NCBI GenBank assembly: GCA_035623175.1
Contig: DASPTY010000214.1
Span: 28,908-92,907, forward strand
Reading direction: 5' to 3'
Source: Candidatus Limnocylindrales bacterium
GTDB taxonomy: Bacteria > Acidobacteriota > Terriglobia > Acidiferrales > UBA7541
Length of the DNA stretch: 64,000 nucleotides
The position numbers and the translations under genes were made by a program. The notes under the pieces were generated by a model. The model saw only the letters and a list, made by a program, of their open reading frames with translations. It searched no databases and was not told where the DNA came from. Below are positions 29,077 to 38,636 of the stretch, in pieces (positions within the stretch are counted from its first letter, which is position 1; the number at the start of each line of letters is the position of its first letter).

Positions 29077-30693
29077 ATGTCGCTAATCTCACATCATCTC
29101 CTCAGCGTGATCCTCTTCACGCCGCTGGTGGGGGCGCTCGTCTTGATCTTCCTCCCGCGTGGCTCGCAAACCCTTCACCGCATCTTTGGCAACATCTTCG
29201 GCATTCTCGGCTTTGTCGTTTCCATTCCCCTCGTCCGCTATTTCCCCATTGGCTACAAGGGTTTCACTTTTGAAGAATCCGCCGACTGGATCCCCTCGAT
29301 TGGCGCGAGATACTACCTCGGCATCGACGGCATCAGCTTCCTCCTTGTCATGCTCACCACGCTCCTTGGCATGCTCGCCATCCTCTCTTCCTGGGCTGCC
29401 ATTCAGAATCGAACCAAAGAGTATTACATCCTAATGCTGCTCCTCCAGACCGGCATGCTCGGTGTTTTCATGTCTCTGGACTTCTTCCTTTTTTACGTTT
29501 TTTGGGAAGTCATGCTCGTCCCGATGTATTTCCTCATCGGCGTTTGGGGCAGCGAGCGGCGGCTCTACGCGGCGATCAAATTCTTCCTGTACACCCTGGC
29601 GGGCTCCGTCTTGATGCTCCTCGGCATCCTGGCGCTCTATTTCAATGCCGCTAAGGCGACCGGCATGCACACGTTTGACATTCCCACTCTTTTGGCCGCT
29701 GTGCAGAACCCGCAGTATGCCCAGTATTTTCCAGAGTCCCTTAAGGTTTGGCTCTTCTGGGGTTTGTTCTTCGCCTTTGCCATCAAAGTGCCCATGTTCC
29801 CGTTCCATACCTGGCTGCCGGATGCGCACACTGAAGCTCCCACAGCAGGGTCCGTGATTCTGGCTGGCGTTCTCCTGAAGATGGGCACGTATGGTTTCAT
29901 CCGCTTCTCGCTGCCTCTGCTTCCTACGGATCCAGTGCTGCGCTCCAGAATCATATCGGTCCTGATATTCCTTTCGCTCGTCGGCATCATCTATGGCGCC
30001 ATCGTCTGCCTGATGCAGAAAGACATGAAACGCCTGATTGCCTATAGCTCCGTCAGCCACCTCGGTTTCTGCACGCTCGGAATTTTTGCGCTGACGCCCC
30101 AAGGTCTTTCCGGCAGCGTCCTCCAACAGATTAACCACGGCATCTCCACCGGCGCGCTATTCTTGATCGTCGGTATTCTATACGAGCGGCGACACACGCG
30201 CCTGATTTCCGAGTTCGGCGGTCTCTCCACTCCCATGCCGAATTACGCTGCGATCTACCTCATCATTACCTTGAGCTCCCTCGGCATGCCGCTTCTCAAT
30301 GGCTTCATCGGAGAGTTCACCATACTTCAAGGCGCGTTCGTTGTCAGCAAAGCCTGGGCTGCCTGGGGCACACTCGGCATCGTGCTCGGCGCCGCCTATC
30401 TCTTGTGGCTCTACCAGCGAGTGATGTTCGGCCCCGTCACTCACGAAGTGAACAAGACTCTTCCGGACATGAATCTCCGTGAATACGCCGTTCTCATTCC
30501 GCTGGTTGTATTGGCCTTTTGGATCGGCATCTACCCAAAGCCTTTCTTCGGCTACATCAACAATCCTGTGGAGAAAATCGTCCACCAGGTCAACCCGACT
30601 TTCTACCAGCGTGCCGCTTTGCCTTCACTGGTACCGTCTAATTCCTTAACATCCTCAACTTCGCCCAATTCCGCCTCAACCGGGGGAAAATAG
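29077..30693 (+). CDS. nuoM: Complex I subunit M (operon 1)
   Basis: FWEVMLVPMY, AIKFFLYT, KVPMFPFHTWLPDAHTEAPT, LLKMGTYG, AYSSVSHLG. Confidence 0.97.
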   Translation: MSLISHHLLSVILFTPLVGALVLIFLPRGSQTLHRIFGNIFGILGFVVSIPLVRYFPIGYKGFTFEESADWIPSIGARYYLGIDGISFLLVMLTTLLGMLAILSSWAAIQNRTKEYYILMLLLQTGMLGVFMSLDFFLFYVFWEVMLVPMYFLIGVWGSERRLYAAIKFFLYTLAGSVLMLLGILALYFNAAKATGMHTFDIPTLLAAVQNPQYAQYFPESLKVWLFWGLFFAFAIKVPMFPFHTWLPDAHTEAPTAGSVILAGVLLKMGTYGFIRFSLPLLPTDPVLRSRIISVLIFLSLVGIIYGAIVCLMQKDMKRLIAYSSVSHLGFCTLGIFALTPQGLSGSVLQQINHGISTGALFLIVGILYERRHTRLISEFGGLSTPMPNYAAIYLIITLSSLGMPLLNGFIGEFTILQGAFVVSKAWAAWGTLGIVLGAAYLLWLYQRVMFGPVTHEVNKTLPDMNLREYAVLIPLVVLAFWIGIYPKPFFGYINNPVEKIVHQVNPTFYQRAALPSLVPSNSLTSSTSPNSASTGGK

Positions 30694-30702
30694 CTCACCG
30701 CC

Positions 30703-32223
30703 ATGCACTCCATCCTCGATCCCATCATCAGTTATATGCACGGCGACGGGCGTGTCATTCTCCCGGAGATGTTCCTACTTCTCTTCGCCTTGGGCATCCT
30801 CATCTTCGACTTCCTCCTCGAGAAGAAAGAAAAACATTTGAATGCCATGCTCGCCTTGTTCGGCGTTGGATTCAGCAGCGTGGGCCTGTACCTTCAAGTG
30901 AAGCAGTACAACCTGGAACGCGCTAATCCAATCAGGGAAACAGTAGGTCTGCTCGGGTTCCACCAGACGGTCCTGGTTGACGGCTTTTTCATCGTTTTCG
31001 CCAGCCTCTTCCTTGCTGCCACCGCTCTTGTGATTCTTCTTTCCGTCCGCTATCTCGATTTGGAAAAGGAGCAAGAGGGTGAGTACTACGCGCTGATCCT
31101 TCTCTCTTGCATCGGCATGATGTTCATGGCCTCTGGCATAGACCTCATCGTTCTCTTCCTCGGCCTGGAGACCATGGCCCTCAGCTTTTACGTGATGACC
31201 GGTTTCCTTCGTGCCAATAAGCGCTCCAATGAAGCCGCCATGAAATATCTTCTCCTCGGGGCTTTCAGCTCGGGCATCCTTGCCTACGGGTTCTCACTCC
31301 TCTACGGCGTCAGCGCCTCCACCGACATCCGCCAGATTGGCAGGATGCTTGACGCCCGTCTCCAGTACACGTCGGCGCATAGTTTTACTGACTGGCTTGT
31401 CATCCTGGCATTTGTTACTGTCGCTGCCGGCCTCTTCTTCAAGGTTGCCGCGGTGCCCTTCCACCAGTGGGCTCCCGACGTCTACGAAGGCGCGCCGACG
31501 CCAATCACCGCTTACGTCAGCGTCGCTTCAAAAACTGCTAGCTTTGCATTGCTCCTGCGTCTTTTGACCAGTGTATTCGGTGGCTCTCAAGCCACCTGGC
31601 TCTACGCCATTGCCGGTGTTGCTGTGGCGTCTCTCACTTGGGGCAATCTCGCCGCCCTCACGCAGACAAATATCAAGCGCCTCCTGGCTTACTCCTCCAT
31701 CTCCCATGTCGGCTACATACTTCTCGGCGTCGTCGCAGGCAATGAGATCGGCATGGTCGGCATCATGTATTACTTGATTGCGTACGTCTTTATGACCATC
31801 GGCGCCTTCGCCGTGGTCGTTGTTATGCGCCAGCGCGGCATTATCGGCGATGAACTCGAGGACCTCGACGGCCTCTACGAACGGAATCCAGCCGCCGCTG
31901 TGCTGCTTCTCATTTTCATGCTGTCTCTTGCCGGCATCCCCGCGACAGCCGGCTTCGTCGGGAAGTACTACATCCTATGGTCTTTGATTGAAACCCATCA
32001 CCCCGTGCTGGCCGTGATTGCCGCGCTCTATATCGTTCCAGCGCTGTATTATTACCTCCGGGTAGTCATCCATGCTTGGCAGAAGAAGCCTGGACAAGTA
32101 CCTGCTCCGCAAATGAGCAGCGCGCAGGCCATCGCTCTTGGCGCCGCCGTGTTTGTTTCCCTCGCCGCGGGGTTGTATCCTGAGCCGTTCGCCCGGCTGG
32201 CGCACTATGCCTTCGGCCTCTAA
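30703..32223 (+). CDS. nuoN: Complex I subunit N (operon 1)
   Basis: GEYY, EAAMKYLLLG, FKVAAVPFHQWAPDVYEGAPTP, KRLLAYSSISH. Confidence 0.97.
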   Translation: MHSILDPIISYMHGDGRVILPEMFLLLFALGILIFDFLLEKKEKHLNAMLALFGVGFSSVGLYLQVKQYNLERANPIRETVGLLGFHQTVLVDGFFIVFASLFLAATALVILLSVRYLDLEKEQEGEYYALILLSCIGMMFMASGIDLIVLFLGLETMALSFYVMTGFLRANKRSNEAAMKYLLLGAFSSGILAYGFSLLYGVSASTDIRQIGRMLDARLQYTSAHSFTDWLVILAFVTVAAGLFFKVAAVPFHQWAPDVYEGAPTPITAYVSVASKTASFALLLRLLTSVFGGSQATWLYAIAGVAVASLTWGNLAALTQTNIKRLLAYSSISHVGYILLGVVAGNEIGMVGIMYYLIAYVFMTIGAFAVVVVMRQRGIIGDELEDLDGLYERNPAAAVLLLIFMLSLAGIPATAGFVGKYYILWSLIETHHPVLAVIAALYIVPALYYYLRVVIHAWQKKPGQVPAPQMSSAQAIALGAAVFVSLAAGLYPEPFARLAHYAFGL

Positions 32224-32464
32224 CGACAGCAACAAAGACTCCCAATCCACTCCTCCCGAGAACCAAGGCGCTGGCTTCTCCCGCCAGTTCGCTATGGCCA
32301 TGGAACTTCCCTTTGTTCTCGTTGCAGCCATTCTTGTCGGCGGCTTCGTCGGCTACTTGCTGGATCGCTGGCTTCATACCAAGCCCATCCTGATGTTTGT
32401 CCTTGGATTTCTCGGCTTCTTCGGCGGACTCCGCGACGTCCTCCGCCGCTTACCTGCAAAATAA
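32207..32464 (+). CDS. AtpZ/AtpI-family small membrane protein
   Basis: GYLLDRWLHTKP.LM...GF.G two-TM pattern; ATG 32207 overlaps the nuoN end by 17 nt. Confidence 0.85.
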   Translation: MPSASNDSNKDSQSTPPENQGAGFSRQFAMAMELPFVLVAAILVGGFVGYLLDRWLHTKPILMFVLGFLGFFGGLRDVLRRLPAK

Positions 32465-32883
32465 TGATGGTAAGTTCGGAGATAGATATCTCGCGCGATC
32501 TCAAATCCGAGCGGCGAATTTCTTGGCTCACGCTCCTCTTGGGTGTTCTTGCGGCCCTCCCGGTCGCCTATATCTATGGTCTGCGATGGGGTGCAGGCAT
32601 CCTCATTGGCGCCATTCTCGCATGGCTCAACTTCCGCTGGCTTAAAGAAGGCGCAGACGCTCTTACCGAAGCGGCCACTGCCCAAGCCAGCCAAGGAAAG
32701 GTAAGGGTCCCCGTCGGCGCGTACTTTCGCGCCCTCTTCCGCTACGGGTTGATAGCCCTCTCTGTCTATGTTATTTTTAAATATCTGAACGTTCCCGTTT
32801 TGAGCATGATTCTTGGTTTGTGCGCCCTGGGAGCGGCCGCCTTTGCTGTGAGTGTGCACGAAATCCTGCGTCCTCAGGACTGA
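32464..32883 (+). CDS. atpI: ATP synthase protein I
   Basis: Four TM segments, G..LAWLNF.WL, RYGL; directly before atpB. Confidence 0.8.
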   Translation: MMVSSEIDISRDLKSERRISWLTLLLGVLAALPVAYIYGLRWGAGILIGAILAWLNFRWLKEGADALTEAATAQASQGKVRVPVGAYFRALFRYGLIALSVYVIFKYLNVPVLSMILGLCALGAAAFAVSVHEILRPQD

Positions 32884-32886
32884 CGA

Positions 32887-33717
32887 ATGGAAGAACAAGT
32901 AAGCCTAATAACCCACTGGGTGAACCACATCTTCGGGCCTGTTGCCCTGTATCTTCTGCACGTCCTCAAGATTCAGCCAGCGGACCATGAAACCCCCATT
33001 CCCGAGTATGTCGTCATGTCGCTCGTGGTCCTTGTTCTGGGTACGGTCCTGGCGCTGATCCTGCGTTCACGGCTGTCGGTGGAGCGTCCGGGTGGAATGC
33101 AGCAGGTCGCGGAGTTGCTGTTCACGAATCCATTGAAGTTCGGGATCTGTGATCTTTTGGACGAAAACGTCGGCCATGGTGCCAGGCAGCATGTGGCGGT
33201 GGTCGGGACCGTGTCTGTCTTTATTTTGTTTTCGAACCTCTTGAGTGTATTTCCCGCCTTCTCGGCGCCCACCGGCATTGTTGTCGTGCCTCTTGCCTGC
33301 GCCAGCGTTACCTTCGTCTACTTCAACTGGCAGGGTATCCGCCACCACGGAACTGGCCATTACCTACTTACTTTTGCGGGCTCCCCACGGAAATTAGCTG
33401 ACTGGCTGCTCGGCATCCTGCTTTTCCCTGTGGAATTGTTCAGCACCGCAGCGCGCATACTCTCCTTGACCGCGCGTCTCTGGGCCAACATTTTTGCAAG
33501 CGATATGCTGTACGGGATCATGCTCAGCCTGCTGGTCAAACTGACACTGTTCTGCTGGTCCAAATTCGCGGTTCTCGGCGCCGCTCTGGCCATTCTGCCA
33601 GCCGTTATTCCCTTGGCGTTTATCGCATTGCACATGTTCGTCGCTGTAATTCAGGCGTACGTGTTCACGGTGCTGCCGACGATCTATATCGGGATGGCGA
33701 CGGCAGACGAGCACTAA
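32887..33717 (+). CDS. atpB: F-type ATP synthase subunit a
   Basis: [26 protein letters not shown] with the essential Arg, IQAYVF. Confidence 0.95.
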   Translation: MEEQVSLITHWVNHIFGPVALYLLHVLKIQPADHETPIPEYVVMSLVVLVLGTVLALILRSRLSVERPGGMQQVAELLFTNPLKFGICDLLDENVGHGARQHVAVVGTVSVFILFSNLLSVFPAFSAPTGIVVVPLACASVTFVYFNWQGIRHHGTGHYLLTFAGSPRKLADWLLGILLFPVELFSTAARILSLTARLWANIFASDMLYGIMLSLLVKLTLFCWSKFAVLGAALAILPAVIPLAFIALHMFVAVIQAYVFTVLPTIYIGMATADEH

Positions 33718-33806
33718 GTGTCGCAATTGTGTCGCTTCAGTGTGAGACCGGTTGTACGGCGTTGAGCCGGGAACCACCAACTGGCGGCAATTCTAAGGAG
33801 GTAGTG

Positions 33807-34130
33807 ATGAAGAAAATAGCTGTTGTTCTGGTTGCAGTCGTGCTTCTGGCGATGGCCGCCCCGGCTGCATTTGCGCAGGAAGCAGGAGCAAAACCCGGAG
33901 GCGGACATGTAGGGACCCTTGCAATCGCCGCCGGCTTCGCCATGGCGCTTGCCGCCTTTGGAGGCGCGCTGGGCCAGTCGAGGGTCGGTGCCGCTGCATG
34001 TGAAGGCATGGCCCGCAATCCCGGAGCCTCGGGTGCGATTCGCGCTTCGATGATCCTGGGCTTGGTTTTCATCGAAACGCTCTCGCTGTTAACCTTCGTG
34101 ATCGCGATCGTCCTCTATCTCAAGATGTAA
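33807..34130 (+). CDS. atpE: F-type ATP synthase subunit c with N-terminal signal-like extension
   Basis: Gly-rich helix, ARNP loop, FIETL carboxylate; perfect SD TAAGGAGGT at 33794-33802. Confidence 0.96.
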   Translation: MKKIAVVLVAVVLLAMAAPAAFAQEAGAKPGGGHVGTLAIAAGFAMALAAFGGALGQSRVGAAACEGMARNPGASGAIRASMILGLVFIETLSLLTFVIAIVLYLKM

Positions 34131-34145
34131 AGTCGCCAGAAACTC

Positions 34146-34183
34146 AAAAAAGCCCGCCAGGTCCTATCCCGGCGGGCTTTTTT
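34146..34183. terminator. Bidirectional rho-independent terminator
   Basis: AAAAAAGCCCGCC-N12-GGCGGGCTTTTTT between convergent atpE and the Crp gene. Confidence 0.9.
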
Positions 34184-34213
34184 CTTTTGGAATCGCTTGT
34201 ATCCGCGAGCGCG

Positions 34214-34996
34214 TTAAATCATCGCCAGCGTTTCCAGCGCCACTTTGTCCTGTACCAGCAGCGTGGCTCCGTTAACTTCCACGATCCGCCGCCGCTTGAA
34301 CTCGCTGAAGCTCCGGCTCACGGACTCTCTTGAGCATCCGATCAATTGTGCGATCTCTTCGTGCGTCAGTGCCAGCTTTACTCTCATCACCCCGCCGGCC
34401 ATCTGTCCGCCCGATGACCATTCCACAAGGAACCGCGCCAACTTCTCCTCGACCGAATTGCTCAACCCGATAGAGCGAATCACTTCATACGCGGAATGGC
34501 AGTCGCGCCCAAGATGTTGCGCTACCTGCAAGCACGCATCGCCATTGTCCTTGATAAACCTCAGAAAATCTTCCCGGCTGATGTACGCCAATTGCGCCGG
34601 CTGAAGCGTCTCTGCGGTAATTTCGTGCGTTGTTCCGGAGAGCGTCGCGTTCAACCCGAGAATCTCGCCGGGCTTGGCAATTTTGAAGATGAGGGTTTTT
34701 CCTTCGCTATTCGTGGTCAGCAGCTTCACACGGCCTTGGCAAATGATATATACGCCGCGCGCGGCCTCTCCTTCCATGAACAGGATTGCACCGGAAGGAT
34801 ACGAACTTGTCCGTCGAATATTTTCCAGATTTCTTGCGGATCGTGTGGAGAGGCTGCAGAAGAATCGGTCGCTGCGCAATCCGCAATTGGTGCAGTCGTC
34901 GGTGGCTGGAAATCCGTAGGGTGTGTGGACTTTTCTCTGCGCAGTGGAAGTGAGGAAACTGCTCTGGCTCTTGGCAGCTAAAACGCTTGTCGCCAT
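34214..34996 (-). CDS. Crp/Fnr-family regulator with N-terminal C-x2-C-x8-C
   Basis: cNMP-fold (LF.EGE..GVY..QGRVKL, PGEILG), HTH LTHEEIAQLIGCSRESVSR; ATG 34996 with AAGGA SD. Confidence 0.92.
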   Translation of the reverse strand: MATSVLAAKSQSSFLTSTAQRKVHTPYGFPATDDCTNCGLRSDRFFCSLSTRSARNLENIRRTSSYPSGAILFMEGEAARGVYIICQGRVKLLTTNSEGKTLIFKIAKPGEILGLNATLSGTTHEITAETLQPAQLAYISREDFLRFIKDNGDACLQVAQHLGRDCHSAYEVIRSIGLSNSVEEKLARFLVEWSSGGQMAGGVMRVKLALTHEEIAQLIGCSRESVSRSFSEFKRRRIVEVNGATLLVQDKVALETLAMI

Positions 34997-35194
34997 GGGG
35001 CCATCCTTTCTGTGGGCGTCAGACTCGACATTGGAGGGAGAGCACACACTTGGCCAACGTGCCGAAAAGTCTGGGAAAAGCCGGATTTTCCGTAACGCCC
35101 GTGTTATGTGTGCGTTAAGAGGAAACGAGTGCTGGAGACATTCTCATGAACCCGCCACGAGAATGGGCCGGGTGGGTCAAAACGCACAAATATG

Positions 35195-35210
35195 TGTGAT
35201 CTTCATCACT
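35195..35210. promoter_or_regulatory. Crp/Fnr-type binding box
   Basis: TGTGA-tcttca-TCACT (9/10 to TGTGA-N6-TCACA; perfect GTGAT-N4-ATCAC) upstream of the Crp gene. Confidence 0.7.
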
Positions 35211-35260
35211 TCGCCGCACGATTTTCTGGCCCCAAGTGCACCGATATGCACCTCGGGCGC

Positions 35261-36991
35261 CTAGGGCACCGAATCGAGCATCTGCCGGATCTTGCGCGCC
35301 AAAGCATGGTGCGAGAAGGGCTTTTCGATGAACGCAACATCTTCCGCTAGGAGCGCGTTTTGGGAAATTACTCCTGCGGTGTGTCCGGACATGAAGAGCA
35401 CCTTGAGGTCCGGGCGGCGCTTTAAGAGGAGTTCGGAGAGTTCCCGGCCATTCATACGCGGCATTACTATGTCGGTCAGCAACAAGTGAATCCGCCCGGA
35501 ATATTCCTCCGCAAGGTGCAGCGCTTCGGAAGCTTCCGCCGCCATAAGCACGCGGTATCCCGCTAGCACCAGAAAATCACGCGTCACTTTTGCCAGCAAT
35601 TTCGAGTCTTCCACGAGGAGAATGGTCTCGCTTCCGTTGGAAACTTCCTCGTTCTGATTGCGCAAGAACTCTTCGTCGGCAGCTCCGGTAATGCGCGGAA
35701 AATAAATCTTGAAAGTGGTGCCGCGTCCGGGTTCGCTGTAAACCCAGATATGTCCTCCGCCTTGCCGCACGATTCCGTACACTGTGGCCAGCCCGAGGCC
35801 GGATCCCGAACCCTTTTCCTTTGTGGTGAAAAACGGTTCAAAAATTCGGCTAACCGTTTCTCTGTCCATGCCATCGCCGGAATCCGTCACGGACAATTGC
35901 ACATATGGTCCGGGAACAACGCCTAGATGGTCGCGCGCATAGGCCTCGCCGAGATACGCGTTGCAGGTTTCCAGCGTCAGCCGCCCTCCTTTTCCCATGG
36001 CGTCGCGCGCATTGGCCACCAGGTTCAAAATCACCTGCGAAAGCTGGCTGCGGTCAATCTTGACGTCGCCCAGATCCCGCGCCAGCACCATCTCCATCTG
36101 GATATTCTCTTCCACAATCCGGCGCAACAGCGGCTCCAGGTCGTTTAAAACAGTATTCAGATCGAGAAGTTGCGGCTCGGAGACTTGCTGCCGGGCAAAG
36201 GCCAGCAACTGCCGCGTTACGGTAGCTGCCTCCTCTCCTGCCATCTTGATTTGCTCGATTCGCTCAATGTGCGGCGCTCCAGCGGGGCCAGCGTTCAACA
36301 GCAAATCCGCGTTGCCCAGGATGACGCCCAGGAGATTATTGAAGTCGTGCGCGATCCCTCCGGCGAGCCGTCCGATCGCTTCCATCTTCTGTGTCAGCAG
36401 CAACTGCTCTTCGAGACGCCGCGCCCGTTCTTGTTCACTATCCCGCTGCTGCATAGCCAGTTCGCGCTGCACAACTTCGGCCTTGAGCGCTTCGTTCGCC
36501 GCAACAAGATCTGCGGTGCGCTCCCGGACTCTTGTCTCCAACGCTTCTTTGGCTTCCTGCAGTTCGGTCTGTGCCTTTTTCTGCAGCGTGATATCTCGAA
36601 TGGCGCTGAAGACCAGAATCCCTTCTTTCGTCCTGAAGGGGCTCAAGCTGATCTCGACCGGGAATTCAGTGCCATCCTTCCGCAAACCGAACAACTCGCG
36701 CCCCGCTCCCATGGGCCTAAGTCGCGGCGACTCTCCATATTCCTTGCGATGGCGCACATGCTGACCGCGGTAGCGCTCGGGAATCAGAATTTCTACAGGC
36801 TGGCCAAGGAGTTCATTTCTCTTGTAGCCGAAGAGTCTTTCCGTCTGCGCATTGACCAGCATGATCTTGCCTTGTTCGTTGGCGATCACCATGGCGTCTG
36901 GGGCGGATTCCAGAAGGGCACGAAACTTCTCGTGCGTCCACGGTTGGCGAGTGGAACGACTCAAGCTTGTGGAGCGACGACGGTTCACCAT
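35261..36991 (-). CDS. PAS-domain hybrid sensor histidine kinase / receiver
   Basis: PAS ([23 protein letters not shown]), H-box [27 protein letters not shown], receiver [11 protein letters not shown]. Confidence 0.93.
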   Translation of the reverse strand: MVNRRRSTSLSRSTRQPWTHEKFRALLESAPDAMVIANEQGKIMLVNAQTERLFGYKRNELLGQPVEILIPERYRGQHVRHRKEYGESPRLRPMGAGRELFGLRKDGTEFPVEISLSPFRTKEGILVFSAIRDITLQKKAQTELQEAKEALETRVRERTADLVAANEALKAEVVQRELAMQQRDSEQERARRLEEQLLLTQKMEAIGRLAGGIAHDFNNLLGVILGNADLLLNAGPAGAPHIERIEQIKMAGEEAATVTRQLLAFARQQVSEPQLLDLNTVLNDLEPLLRRIVEENIQMEMVLARDLGDVKIDRSQLSQVILNLVANARDAMGKGGRLTLETCNAYLGEAYARDHLGVVPGPYVQLSVTDSGDGMDRETVSRIFEPFFTTKEKGSGSGLGLATVYGIVRQGGGHIWVYSEPGRGTTFKIYFPRITGAADEEFLRNQNEEVSNGSETILLVEDSKLLAKVTRDFLVLAGYRVLMAAEASEALHLAEEYSGRIHLLLTDIVMPRMNGRELSELLLKRRPDLKVLFMSGHTAGVISQNALLAEDVAFIEKPFSHHALARKIRQMLDSVP

Positions 36992-37163
36992 GTGGGTCGG
37001 CCCTGGGTCCCAATCCTACTTTAATTCAAGAAACGTCCGATTATTCTACACCTCAGATCGGTTTCCGCCTCTCTGGAAATCGGGGGGGCCGGTCCCGCTC
37101 GAGTACCGTTCCCCATTGGTCTGCATCCTGGGTGAAAGACGGGGTGGGAAAAATTCGTAGCGG

Positions 37164-38636
37164 CTATCGCGCAGACAGGATCAAGTTCTGAGAAAGAACA
37201 ATTCCAAGGACGTGATTTGGAGCGAGCCCCAGGTAGAGGGTGATGATCGCTGCCACCGAGACAACCATTGCTGCCGTCGGGCTCAGTCCTTGCGACGCGT
37301 CTGCGGGCAACGTCCCCTTGTACTCCCGCATGTACATCACAACGATGAGCCGCAAATAGTAGTACGCCCCTATCACGCTATTCACTGCCATCAGAATTGC
37401 CAACCACAACAAGTCCGAGTGAATAGCGGCCTTGAAGATGTAAAACTTGCCGAAGAATCCGGCAGTAATCGGCAAGCCCAGCAGCGAAAGCAGAAAAAGG
37501 CTAAGTCCAGCAGCCGCAAACGGTTGACGTGTGCCCAGGCCCGCAAAGTCATCGAACGTCAAATACCGCTCGCCTTGCCCCCCAAGTTCAGAAATTACCG
37601 TGAACGATCCCACGGAAACCAAAGCGTAGCTGGCCAAGTAGAACAACACCGCCGCATAGGCCGGAGCCACCGACTCCGGGTCAGTCCGCACCGAAGTTAC
37701 GGCCGCGAACGCGACGAGCGTGTAACCTGCATGTGCAATCGAGCTATACGCCAACATACGCTTCACGTTGGACTGCACCAGCGCTCCCAGATTTCCTACG
37801 AACATGGTCAGTCCCGCCAGAATCCAAAAGGCCCAGAACCAGAACTGCGTGGCCGCATGAACCGTGCTGAAGATTCGAAGCAAGAGCGCGAACGTCGCCG
37901 CTTTTGGACCCGCGGAGAACAGCGCTGTAACCGGCGTGGGCGCGCCTTCGTAAACGTCCGGGGTCCACACCTGGAATGGGGCGGCAGCCACCTTGAACCC
38001 CAGGCCGACTAGAATGAGCGTTAGCCCAAGACGCAGCAAATTGCTCGAGGGATCTGCATCAGCGAGCCTCACCAAGTTCGTCGAACCCGTGACCCCGTAG
38101 ACCAGCGCGATTCCATACAGGAAGAACGCTGTGGCAAACGAGCCAAGCAGAAAATACTTCACGGCTGATTCGCTTGCTTTCACCGAATCGCGCCGGTAGC
38201 CCGCCAAAACGTAGCTCGAGATGGACGACATTTCTAAGCCGATGAATGCGGTTAGGAGTTCCTGAGCGGAGGCGAGGACACCCATTCCTGCCGTGGCGAA
38301 CATGATCAAGGCATAGAACTCTGCGCTGTCCAGCTTTTCCCGCTCAAGGTACGAGTCGCTCGCCAGAATCACCAGGAAGGAGATGAGTCCAACCAGCCAG
38401 TGAAAGAAAAGACTGAAAGTGTCGAACTGAATCTGCGCAAAAAACGCGCTGCCGAAGAAGCCGTAGAAAGTAGCCAGCGTGCCCACTGACGTGCCAACCA
38501 TCGCGAGGAATGTGAGCGCTTGGCGATTCTTCAGGAAAGGCTGGATCAGCATCAAGAAGACACCCGTGCCGCACCAGATCAACTCCGGCAGAACCAGGCG
38601 CAGATTTTGCAGCATTTGCTGGTTGAGCGAGCTCAT
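37164..38636 (-). CDS. nuoN: Complex I subunit N (operon 2)
   Basis: ESAVKYFLLG, FKVAAAPFQVWTPDVYEGAPTP, KRMLAYSSIAH. Confidence 0.97.
   Translation of the reverse strand: MSSLNQQMLQNLRLVLPELIWCGTGVFLMLIQPFLKNRQALTFLAMVGTSVGTLATFYGFFGSAFFAQIQFDTFSLFFHWLVGLISFLVILASDSYLEREKLDSAEFYALIMFATAGMGVLASAQELLTAFIGLEMSSISSYVLAGYRRDSVKASESAVKYFLLGSFATAFFLYGIALVYGVTGSTNLVRLADADPSSNLLRLGLTLILVGLGFKVAAAPFQVWTPDVYEGAPTPVTALFSAGPKAATFALLLRIFSTVHAATQFWFWAFWILAGLTMFVGNLGALVQSNVKRMLAYSSIAHAGYTLVAFAAVTSVRTDPESVAPAYAAVLFYLASYALVSVGSFTVISELGGQGERYLTFDDFAGLGTRQPFAAAGLSLFLLSLLGLPITAGFFGKFYIFKAAIHSDLLWLAILMAVNSVIGAYYYLRLIVVMYMREYKGTLPADASQGLSPTAAMVVSVAAIITLYLGLAPNHVLGIVLSQNLILSAR

Noticed and set aside
29077-32223. 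Second nuoM within operon 1 (classical 2M cassette)
   Set aside because: The gene after nuoM has NuoN motifs (PFHQWAPDVYEGAP), so the operon has only one nuoM
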